Virus record (IMG/VR): IMGVR_UViG_3300030098_005409
Length of the DNA stretch: 64,000 bases
Strand: one strand, 5' to 3'
Origin: a virus
Shown: one piece after another, positions 17,737 through 25,789 of the stretch
Position numbering within the stretch: the first letter of the stretch is position 1
How the letters are laid out: every line of letters starts with the position of its first letter
The notes under the pieces: model-generated
The model's input: the letters and a program-made list of their open reading frames with translations, nothing else
Told to the model about the DNA's origin: nothing
Databases searched by the model: none
Program-made: the position numbers and the translations under genes

Positions 17737-18474
17737 ATGTCTAAACGCACCAAGCTTAAATTTAAGAAAATGCTGAAGAAAGCTGAATTTGTGCACGCAG
17801 ATTTAGAATACCACGAGGAGTTGGTTTCCGAAGCAAGAGCGGGCTTTAACGAAGCTTTTCTTGAAAGGCTAGCACGGCTAGACAAGTTACAAAAAAGGGC
17901 TTGGGACAGACATCTAAAAAAATTGAATAATGAAAAAGCAGAGCAGCTCTTGGAACAGGCCGAAAAAGAACAGAAGGAAAAGCTAGAACCCAAACAAGCC
18001 GAGCTGCCCGCCAACGTAGCAGAGCAAAATAAAGAAGTTTTTATGGATGGTGAAACGGGTGAAGAGTTCTACATGAACCCCGATGAGATAGAACAAGACG
18101 ACGACAATAAATTGGGCGTAATTAAAAAGCTTTATCGCAAAATTGCCAACGAAACACACCCTGATAAATTAGTTGCCTCGGGATTCTCTCTCGGAGAATC
18201 TCAAAGAAAGCAAGATATCTTTAAGAAAGCCAAAGAAGCTTACGAAAGAGACAACTGGTACACTCTCTATTCCATAGCCATCGACCTTGGAATATCCCCG
18301 GGGGACATTGATGACAAACACATTGACTGGATTGAAGAAGATATTAAACTTACGATGGGACGTATTTCCAAAATAGGCCAACTGTTTGTATGGGTCTGGT
18401 ATACCTCAACTGATGAAGTCAAAGAGAGAGTAATGGACCAATACTTTAGGCAAGTATATGATTGGCCAAAATAA
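17737..18474 (+). CDS. J-domain (DnaJ-like) co-chaperone with N-terminal coiled coil
   Basis: IKKLYRKIA-x-x-THPDK...FKKAKEAYE J-domain with HPD; occupies a gap with no minus-strand gene. Confidence 0.85.
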   Translation: MSKRTKLKFKKMLKKAEFVHADLEYHEELVSEARAGFNEAFLERLARLDKLQKRAWDRHLKKLNNEKAEQLLEQAEKEQKEKLEPKQAELPANVAEQNKEVFMDGETGEEFYMNPDEIEQDDDNKLGVIKKLYRKIANETHPDKLVASGFSLGESQRKQDIFKKAKEAYERDNWYTLYSIAIDLGISPGDIDDKHIDWIEEDIKLTMGRISKIGQLFVWVWYTSTDEVKERVMDQYFRQVYDWPK

Positions 18475-18476
18475 AA

Positions 18477-18542
18477 CTAGTTCTTCTTTTTCTTTTTAAA
18501 TGTTAAGCCGCCTAAGAGCGCTTCCCAAAATGCTGAACTCAT
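18477..18542 (-). CDS. Possible 21-aa micro-ORF MSSAFWEALLGGLTFKKKKKN
   Basis: ATGA overlap with the SbcCD stop; fills the gap up to the J-protein stop. Confidence 0.3.
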   Translation of the reverse strand: MSSAFWEALLGGLTFKKKKKN

Positions 18543-21500
18543 TGGTTTATCCTCGCATAACCGTTAGTCTTATCTATTGTAATCTCTGTATCCACAATGT
18601 CTTTCAGAGAATCCAAGTGAGAAATAAGTATAACTGTTTTGAAATACGTTTTAACTAGGTCAAGCATACGAATAAAGCCCTCCATGTTTTCAGCATCCAA
18701 AGCAGTTCCTGGCTCGTCAAGGATAAAGATGTTCCCCTTTGGTAGCGACGATACAGATAGTAGCGCCAAGCGTATGCCCATGGACGCAAGAGTCTTCTCT
18801 GCTCCGGAGCCCATCTCAATAGGGCGCGCTTCAAAGTTAGGATGTTTGATAAGAACATCCAACTTGTTGCCATCCTCTTGGAAGAAGACTTCAAAGTCAA
18901 CAATGTTTGAGATTGTCTTTGCTATCTCCTCATTGATAACCGGCAAGCGTCTTTTAATAATATGGTAAGCGATTCCGTTGGAATGCATACAACGCATAAA
19001 TAAATCATAGGCGGCGAACTCTGCGCGGATATCAAGTAGCTCTTGCTTCTTCTCCTTGAGGGATTCTACCTTTTGTTCAAGCGATCCAATCGTTCTATTG
19101 TGCACTGACAACCCTTCCTCAAAGACTTCAATGCCTTTCTTGTTGGCTTCTATCTTATCAGAGATCTCGTCTCGGGATGAGATAAGGTTTTCAATGTTTT
19201 GAATAGCTTCCTTGTTATCCTCATACAGAGCAATCTTTTCATTCGTTTCAGTTAACTCAGCCGACATTGTTTTAATCTTGGCAAACAACTTTTCAATTGA
19301 AACTTTGTTGTCACGCTTTTCGATCTCAATGCCGTTCTTGGCAATTATTGTTTCGTTATACTTGTCGATCAAAGCAACCATCTCTGCCGAGTTAACTGAT
19401 ACTACCTTCTTCTTGTAGCCCTTAGCTTCCTCAATCTTCTCGATAATTGTCTTTTCAAGGAGGGGTAGCTCCAACGAAGCCGAGTGTGCGTCAGCAATAA
19501 ACTTACAGGAAGTCACAAAAGCATCACCACAAGGAACCTCGTCAAGGAGGTTTAGCTTCTTGGCCATTGTTTTATAATCGTTGTCCATAATCCGAGCACG
19601 GTTTACGGTCTCATCATAACGTTGCTTAAAATCGTCGTACTGCTTTTTCTCTTCCAGCAGTTCTTCAATATTAATCGTCGTTAAGAAATCATCATAAGTT
19701 TTTAGCTTACCATCAAATTGAACTATCTCTTGTTTTAGTTCGCTGATATTATCCTTTGTATCTTGAATACTGGTGGTTAGTTGCTTTCTTTTCTCAACCA
19801 ATTTCTTGATGTTTAGGCGCTCTGTTGGGATAGAGTCAATCTGTTCAGTCAAATCACTGTACACTTGCTCGTTTTCAACCAACTGCTGACGTATAGCTTC
19901 ACAGTTCTTAGTGTCGGCTAGTAGTTCTTTCTGGGCTTCTTCACAATGCACCTCGGCAATAGCTATGTCTTTATCATAATCTGTGTCACCCAAGCGTCGA
20001 AGGACAGCTTTTAAGTCAGCTGAATCTTCTTTTGCTAGCTTAAACTTCTTCTCAAAGATCTCTAAATCCAAGAACTTAGCTAGGATCTCCTTACGCTTTG
20101 TGGATCCTTCCTTAATAAAGCTTAAAGAATCAAGCTGGCTAGCCATTGACGTCAATAAAAAGTCCTCAATTGTGCCAAACTGCTTGCGAATATTAGCATC
20201 GGTCTCATTGCGTGTCGTGCCGTTAAGGCTTAAATCACCGTCCTGCGTAAAGTCCAAGAAGGTCCTAGCTTCATTGGTTTCTACACCTTTGAGGCGCTTT
20301 ATATACTTCTCGGATTTTCTTTCGATAGTATAGGTCTTCTCGCCAATTTGAAGGTCAATTGTGCCAATACAGTTCTTCTTGTTCTGGTTGATAATGTTGT
20401 AATTCTTACGTTCGTTCTTTGACGTTGTGTTAAACATAGTATAAAGCATCCCATCAATAACTGATGACTTGCCTGAATAGTTCTTACCAAAGATGCCCAC
20501 AATTCCATTGAGGTTTGTAAAGTCAAGAGTGTTGCTTTCACCATAATTGAACAGATTATCCCACTCAAAGCGATTAATATTCCAGTTAACGTTTCTCGCA
20601 ATGTCTTCGTTCTCCTCAATATGAGAGTTATACTTACGGTTTAGCTCGTAAATCTTCTGGATTGTTTCCTCTGTGGGTTCATAATCCTCTAAATACTCGC
20701 GCATTAGACGTTCTTGAACTGCAACGTCTCGTAAGTTCTCAACCTTAAAGCTCTTTCCAAGACTAACTTCTCCTCTTTCTCCTGCTGCGCGGTTCAAGAA
20801 CGAGATTGATTCAGGCTTAAAACGGGACTTTGCCACCTCGACAGCCTTGCGCATCACATCCAAAGGAAGGTTGTTATTGCTTACAAGACGAAGACGAGCA
20901 CCAGAAGGAATCTTAGTGCCCTTTGGCATACGCCCCTTCGGCGTTAGTTCAATCGTCATAAAAGGCTTTGGGTTCAAAAGAACATGATGATTAACTGTAA
21001 AAGTGTTTTTGTCTTCAATGTCCCAAATCAAAAAGCCTTTGTCGTTGGTTTCGCCGTGGTTCTGCTGGACAGTCGAACCGCAGTAACGTACTCGACCCTC
21101 TGTATCAAGAATCTGATTTGTCTTGTGAATGTCCCCAAGCATTGCGAAGTCGTGACCGGCGAAGACTCCAATGTCATGATCGCCATGATCCATAACCCAG
21201 CCAACGTCCGTCGAGACGCCACCAATGGCGCCGTGATACAAAGCAATATTAATACGAGACTGGTCGCTTGGTGCGACCCAGTTCTCCTCGTCAAACACGG
21301 ATAGCACGTTGAGCGCGAGATCGGGCTCTAGAACAGTTTCACCCGCGTTCTTGAGTAGGTAAAGGTTTGGAAGATTTAAAGCGCTTACAATGGGCGACAG
21401 CGCGTCCTGACGGCTACTGTTCTTTAAGTTGCCGTCGTGGTTGCCCAGAATGATATAGGTTGGCGCGATCGAGGCCAGATTCACGAAGAAGTCGGAGCAA

Positions 21501-21679
21501 AGCTCAACGAACTCTGGTGAAATCTGGGTCTTGGTGTGGGCGATGTCGCCGCAGTGAACAATGTAATCCACGTTCTCTTTACGAAGAATCTCGTAAAGTT
21601 GTTCGAATACCTTCTTGTATTCGTAATGATATTTTAAATTTTTTATATGCGTGTCCGCAATGTGAGCTATTCTATACAC
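18539..21679 (-). CDS. Single-chain SbcD-SbcC (Mre11-Rad50; T4 gp47-gp46-like) nuclease-ATPase fusion
   Basis: Phosphoesterase motifs HIADTH, GD, GNHD, LYHG, GDIH; Walker A GKNYSGKSS; coiled coil; MGSGAEK signature; FILDEP Walker B; ISH. Probable start GTG 21679 after AGGGGA (track start 21694). Confidence 0.92.
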   Translation of the reverse strand: MYRIAHIADTHIKNLKYHYEYKKVFEQLYEILRKENVDYIVHCGDIAHTKTQISPEFVELCSDFFVNLASIAPTYIILGNHDGNLKNSSRQDALSPIVSALNLPNLYLLKNAGETVLEPDLALNVLSVFDEENWVAPSDQSRINIALYHGAIGGVSTDVGWVMDHGDHDIGVFAGHDFAMLGDIHKTNQILDTEGRVRYCGSTVQQNHGETNDKGFLIWDIEDKNTFTVNHHVLLNPKPFMTIELTPKGRMPKGTKIPSGARLRLVSNNNLPLDVMRKAVEVAKSRFKPESISFLNRAAGERGEVSLGKSFKVENLRDVAVQERLMREYLEDYEPTEETIQKIYELNRKYNSHIEENEDIARNVNWNINRFEWDNLFNYGESNTLDFTNLNGIVGIFGKNYSGKSSVIDGMLYTMFNTTSKNERKNYNIINQNKKNCIGTIDLQIGEKTYTIERKSEKYIKRLKGVETNEARTFLDFTQDGDLSLNGTTRNETDANIRKQFGTIEDFLLTSMASQLDSLSFIKEGSTKRKEILAKFLDLEIFEKKFKLAKEDSADLKAVLRRLGDTDYDKDIAIAEVHCEEAQKELLADTKNCEAIRQQLVENEQVYSDLTEQIDSIPTERLNIKKLVEKRKQLTTSIQDTKDNISELKQEIVQFDGKLKTYDDFLTTINIEELLEEKKQYDDFKQRYDETVNRARIMDNDYKTMAKKLNLLDEVPCGDAFVTSCKFIADAHSASLELPLLEKTIIEKIEEAKGYKKKVVSVNSAEMVALIDKYNETIIAKNGIEIEKRDNKVSIEKLFAKIKTMSAELTETNEKIALYEDNKEAIQNIENLISSRDEISDKIEANKKGIEVFEEGLSVHNRTIGSLEQKVESLKEKKQELLDIRAEFAAYDLFMRCMHSNGIAYHIIKRRLPVINEEIAKTISNIVDFEVFFQEDGNKLDVLIKHPNFEARPIEMGSGAEKTLASMGIRLALLSVSSLPKGNIFILDEPGTALDAENMEGFIRMLDLVKTYFKTVILISHLDSLKDIVDTEITIDKTNGYARINQ

Positions 21680-21697
21680 GTTATCCCCTAACACAAA

Positions 21698-21736
21698 ACT
21701 CTACCACCAGTATACACCAGTGGTAGAGTCTGTCAA
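21698..21736 (-). promoter_or_regulatory. Sigma70-type promoter TTGACA-16-TATACT overlapped by a 10-bp inverted repeat
   Basis: -35 at 21731-21736, -10 at 21709-21714; arms ACTCTACCAC (21698-21707) and GTGGTAGAGT (21720-21729). Confidence 0.75.
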
Positions 21737-21751
21737 GTGTTATTTTTAATT

Positions 21752-22834
21752 TTATCTAGGAAAGTTTCTTGGATAATCGCGCTTAATGGCGTGAACGCGT
21801 TCCCCAGCGGCTAGCCGGTCTTTGATCCTATCTACATCACCCTGATGGAGGCGACCTTTTGACTTTTCAAATTCTGCTTTCCGAATAAGATCCTGAGCCT
21901 CATCTTGCCCCTCTTCCATTGGAGCGTACATCGGGTTGGCGAGGATGTGGCGAAGAGTAGCAACCATGTCGGCATCCAAACTCATGCTAAGGTCCTTCAA
22001 CTCATCCCGAGTCATCTTACCCAGAGCTTCACGGGCATTGATAAGAGTAATAAGCCGCCCTTCGGGGGAATCGAATGCTCGATCACGGGTCTCCTCGTCC
22101 TCTGGCTGAGCAATATCTTCAATCCCTGCGCCTGGGCGATCGGCGCCGCGCATGGCGTCCATCTCTTCCTTAACTGCCTTCTTCAAGGAGCCGCGACTAA
22201 CTTTGATGCTCTTGCCGCGCCCAGTATCCTTATCGAACTTAACAGCAACATCGGTGTTCTTTGTTCCTGGGTGGGTCACAACACCGGCGCCATACTCGTC
22301 ATGGGTTACTTTCTCACCAGACCTAAAGCCTTCTTCAAGCTGTTTCATATCGCGGTTTGCTAGCCCTTGGCGAACTTTATCAGCGATAGTCTCTAGCATT
22401 TCTGCTATCCCCAGGGCTGCAGCGTTGGCAGAGATTGCCGCGACAGCAACTTCAGGATTCTGCTGAATGAAGCCGATAAACTGACTGACTAGCTCGGCGC
22501 CCGGGAAGCCCTCTTGAAGCTTGCCTCTCTCTTCCATATCAAGAGCCATGGCAACAGCCTGCTTCTGAGGCTTGCCTTCCTTATCCATCAAGTAGGAGAT
22601 TTTCTTGCTTACCTTATCGTCATTCTCGGATATTCTGTTGCGACTGTGAAACTCAGCAAGATCCGTTAGAATTTTATACAAGTTATAGTTATCTTCACCA
22701 TAAGCAGTATTCAAAACTAAAGTTATCTTGTCAAGAACGTCGCCGTACAAAGCCTCTAGAGGCATATCTTGCCCCGCGATAGAAGCGGCTTCTTCATTAA
22801 TAAACTTTCTAAAGTTTTCTAATATAAGCTTCAT
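21752..22834 (-). CDS. Modular acidic protein, putative protease-processed internal head protein (360 aa)
   Basis: MKLILENFRKFINEE N-terminus; short modules separated by ISE, LQE-G, LEE-G, VKEE, MEE-G. Confidence 0.6.
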   Translation of the reverse strand: MKLILENFRKFINEEAASIAGQDMPLEALYGDVLDKITLVLNTAYGEDNYNLYKILTDLAEFHSRNRISENDDKVSKKISYLMDKEGKPQKQAVAMALDMEERGKLQEGFPGAELVSQFIGFIQQNPEVAVAAISANAAALGIAEMLETIADKVRQGLANRDMKQLEEGFRSGEKVTHDEYGAGVVTHPGTKNTDVAVKFDKDTGRGKSIKVSRGSLKKAVKEEMDAMRGADRPGAGIEDIAQPEDEETRDRAFDSPEGRLITLINAREALGKMTRDELKDLSMSLDADMVATLRHILANPMYAPMEEGQDEAQDLIRKAEFEKSKGRLHQGDVDRIKDRLAAGERVHAIKRDYPRNFPR

Positions 22835-22845
22835 CTTTTAATCCT

Positions 22846-22923
22846 CTAGCAGCAATCGCCGGTGCAGCAGCAGCAACAACGGGGTGTAAATAGGCTTACA
22901 ATCTTGTCCCATAAGTTTCTCAT
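22846..22923 (-). CDS. 25-aa Cys-rich micropeptide MRNLWDKIVSLFTPRCCCCCTGDCC
   Basis: Manual translation; GGAG SD 8 nt upstream; ATGA overlap with upstream 39-aa ORF; stop abuts the SD of the 360-aa gene. Confidence 0.55.
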   Translation of the reverse strand: MRNLWDKIVSLFTPRCCCCCTGDCC

Positions 22924-23039
22924 TTTTTGCTCTCCATGTTATCTAGCAAGTCTTCGCCCATATAGCGAATCTCGTAAACCATGACTGCCCTCATATATAA
23001 TATTTCTTGCATCACTTCTAGTAGACGAGCTTTGGACAT
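22920..23039 (-). CDS. Possible 39-aa ORF MSKARLLEVMQEILYMRAVMVYEIRYMGEDLLDNMESKK
   Basis: Fills the gap after primase; start uncertain (weak SD, several Met). Confidence 0.35.
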   Translation of the reverse strand: MSKARLLEVMQEILYMRAVMVYEIRYMGEDLLDNMESKK

Positions 23040-23043
23040 AGTA

Positions 23044-23979
23044 TTACACAGACATTGCTAATGTCAACAGTAAATAGTTGTCTGGTGTGATAAGGGTCGC
23101 TTTGTCTAAACATTTTTGAAACTGATCTTTTGTCATAGACCCAACATCTTCGTTATCGCCAACGTCGACTTTCCAAACTTCGATGTCAAAATTCAGCAGA
23201 GTTCTAATGATATCCAACTCTTTCTTCTTGGCGTCCGGATCCAAAGCGATATACACCCCTGCGTCTTCCTTGACAATCTTTTGAAGCAAAGTGGAGTTCT
23301 GATTTAGTGTGGAACCAAGAAGAGGCACAGAGTTGCGTCCAGCAACGATAGCATCAAACACGCCTTCTACTAGAACAATGTCCGAACTCCAATCCACAAA
23401 CAAATCATTGAATATAATGTTTTTGCTCGCTGGTGGGTTCTTATACTTTGGATAGGCTCTCTTGTCATAAGATCGAGAGATAAAGTAATTTAGGTCGCCT
23501 TCGTCGTCAAACGACGGAATTACAACGCGGCCCTCATACTCTCCCTTGCTACAATAACCCATCTTCCACCAAACAATGTCTTGTTTCGTGATACCGCGTT
23601 TTCGGAGGTAGTTTCTAGCAGCGAAGCCGGTAGGTGGTATATCTTTGTTAGCCAAAGATACAAAGCCTTCGGGCATCTCAAGTATTTGTTTTTCTTCTAC
23701 TTTCTCGGCAAAAAGATCTTCGAGCTTGTCGTAATCAACAGTTTCTGTAATTTCACGCCACTGTGCTTTATCATGACTACTGCCGAAGCGGCGAATAACA
23801 CGATAGATATTTTTACCGCGCGTGTCGCATATCCAGCATTTGTAGTAGCCCTTAGCCACATTAACAGAAAATTTGCGCTTATGATGCTTACAGTAAGGAC
23901 AAGAAAAAAGGTGTTCATCGTTTGAACGGTAAGATACTCCGAGAACACTCGTTAGAATCTTAAGTTTCTTGCTGTCCAT
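23044..23979 (-). CDS. DNA primase (Zn-binding + TOPRIM)
   Basis: CPYC-x-H...CWIC zinc finger; YF-x-SR, KYKNP, LVEG-x-FDAI, ALDPDA; probable start MDSKK at 23979. Confidence 0.88.
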   Translation of the reverse strand: MDSKKLKILTSVLGVSYRSNDEHLFSCPYCKHHKRKFSVNVAKGYYKCWICDTRGKNIYRVIRRFGSSHDKAQWREITETVDYDKLEDLFAEKVEEKQILEMPEGFVSLANKDIPPTGFAARNYLRKRGITKQDIVWWKMGYCSKGEYEGRVVIPSFDDEGDLNYFISRSYDKRAYPKYKNPPASKNIIFNDLFVDWSSDIVLVEGVFDAIVAGRNSVPLLGSTLNQNSTLLQKIVKEDAGVYIALDPDAKKKELDIIRTLLNFDIEVWKVDVGDNEDVGSMTKDQFQKCLDKATLITPDNYLLLTLAMSV

Positions 23980-24481
23980 TAATCCACCCCGCCTTTGCAA
24001 TCACATAACTATCCGAACGGTCAGCATAGCCGGCCTTCGGATTTCCATGTCTTGTGTATTCTATATCAAAGGAGGGTACGTTGTCAAGGACAAATTGAAG
24101 AGCGACGTCTTTTGCTTTCTGTCCCTTGGGAACCTTGATACCGCAACTCTTCCTAGCGGATGTGGCAGCAAGATACTGTGGCTCAATTCCAAAAAGATTA
24201 TAACATATCCACGAAACAATACCATTTATTTTTGACAACAGGGACAAAGTTTGTGCTGATGAAAACCCAGATCGAAAAGACTGAAGAGATTGCTCCACAT
24301 AAATGTGTTCAATAAAGTAATCGTTTCGTATCGCAGCCAAGCGACCTTCAACTGCGGAGCATTTCAGAAAGAAGTTCTTTTCTTTGCGAAGATCTATATG
24401 ATCGCAAACGACGATGTTGCCGTCGTTATCCAATATGGTGTAACCAGTGATACTGGTCGATATGTCAAGTCCTAAAATCAT
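23960..24481 (-). CDS. RuvC-like Holliday junction resolvase
   Basis: MILGLDISTSITG, YVEQ, and D-x-x-D (DRSDS) acidic residues of the RNase H-fold resolvases. Confidence 0.8.
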   Translation of the reverse strand: MILGLDISTSITGYTILDNDGNIVVCDHIDLRKEKNFFLKCSAVEGRLAAIRNDYFIEHIYVEQSLQSFRSGFSSAQTLSLLSKINGIVSWICYNLFGIEPQYLAATSARKSCGIKVPKGQKAKDVALQFVLDNVPSFDIEYTRHGNPKAGYADRSDSYVIAKAGWINGQQET

Positions 24482-24504
24482 ACCCGAATAATATCAGATG
24501 TCAA
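24477..24504 (-). promoter_or_regulatory. Sigma70-type promoter TTGACA-16-TATGAT whose -10 overlaps the resolvase ATG
   Basis: -35 at 24499-24504, -10 at 24477-24482; same 16-nt spacing as the SbcCD promoter. Confidence 0.5.
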
Positions 24505-25771
24505 GCTTAATCTTAAATGTGAAGTCACGGCCGACGGTTTTTTTCACTGGTGTGGCAACCTTGGCAACGCCAATGAGATTTTTGTCATCGTCGTAAATAC
24601 CAATCTTTGAAATATATGTTGTCTTCTCAAAAGATCCGGTTGGGTCTGGATATGACGAACTTACAATGTTCTTAACTTCAATGGTGTCGCTCTCTATATA
24701 CCCTTGCGAGCCAGTCGATATTAACGCTTCGGCGCCGTCAGCCAAAAATGATGGGCTATTGGAGTGGTTTAGCTCACCCTTAGGCGCATTTGCAAACATT
24801 GTAATTACTTGTGTATCGGTTGTCCCACTCATTTGCATAATATATGAGGAACTCGGTGCTGTTATGGTACCCGAGATAGACTGTGCGAAGTAAGTCCAAT
24901 TAGCGGTACTTAGCCCAACCGAACTTGTATAATAATCCTGATTCAAAGAAAGATCGGCTGAACTGGTTAGAATTAAAAACCCCTCATTGTAAAGAACGAG
25001 TCCAACTACGGAATCTGTCAAAGATGTATCACCATATGTTTGAATTAGCTCGCCATTTCTTTTAGTATCTTGTGCACGGGCGATCAACGAGCCAGTATAA
25101 TAAAATTCAAGATTGACAGACCCCTTTTTTATTTGCTTGCCATAAAATATACTTGGCATGGAAACCAAGCCTAATGAAGAACTATCAAAATCCCTGTTGT
25201 GTATTCCAGCTGTCACCGAATCCGTCGAAGACGAGTATTCAAAATGAGGTGATATATTTCTGTAATAGTTAATAGTAGTTTTGAGGGCTCGGATGTTTGA
25301 TATAGAGCCATTACTAGTAATCGCGGGTCCGGTGGCTGACTGCGCTATAACTGCGGATTCAAATCTGGCATCCGTCGCTGAGTAGAACTCTTTAGACATA
25401 GACGCCGTATATGGGTATAAACTACCAGTAACAACCTCGCCCGGAAGTTTATTAGCAAATGCTTCAGATGTGCTAGTCCTGAAATTCAATCGTGATCCGT
25501 CTTTAACAATCCACGGATAAATGATACCACGATTATCTATTCCGTCCGGACCAATTGCTCTGCCGGTGCGGCGATCCTCTCGATCAACGTTTAGTTCATA
25601 CAGAGAAACATTGCCAGCGTCTGTTAGTCTGATCGGATCGGCGGCCGCTCCGGATATATTTGGCGTATTATTGTAGTAAGCCGATCCACTATAGATTACA
25701 AATTTAACTTCTGGATATAGTCTTAGTGTATTGGTAAATACATCATTCCTTTTAAACTTGTAAAAAGACAT
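24494..25771 (-). CDS. Baseplate/tail structural protein (425 aa)
   Basis: C-terminal TYISKIGIYDDDKNLIGVAK..PVKK domain shared with the 357-aa neighbour. Confidence 0.65.
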   Translation of the reverse strand: MSFYKFKRNDVFTNTLRLYPEVKFVIYSGSAYYNNTPNISGAAADPIRLTDAGNVSLYELNVDREDRRTGRAIGPDGIDNRGIIYPWIVKDGSRLNFRTSTSEAFANKLPGEVVTGSLYPYTASMSKEFYSATDARFESAVIAQSATGPAITSNGSISNIRALKTTINYYRNISPHFEYSSSTDSVTAGIHNRDFDSSSLGLVSMPSIFYGKQIKKGSVNLEFYYTGSLIARAQDTKRNGELIQTYGDTSLTDSVVGLVLYNEGFLILTSSADLSLNQDYYTSSVGLSTANWTYFAQSISGTITAPSSSYIMQMSGTTDTQVITMFANAPKGELNHSNSPSFLADGAEALISTGSQGYIESDTIEVKNIVSSSYPDPTGSFEKTTYISKIGIYDDDKNLIGVAKVATPVKKTVGRDFTFKIKLDI

Positions 25772-25789
25772 CTAGCGCCCATAACATTA

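Noticed and set aside
14122-24000. Inteins or introns in terminase, SbcCD or primase
   Set aside because: Motif spacing is normal and no C/S...HN splice motifs or homing endonuclease ORFs were seen.
24442-24468. ACCAGT-ATC-ACTGGT inverted repeat and second TTGACA inside the resolvase gene
   Set aside because: Falls on the conserved catalytic LDISTSITG codons and has no matching -10 box; resemblance to the 21698 element is probably chance.
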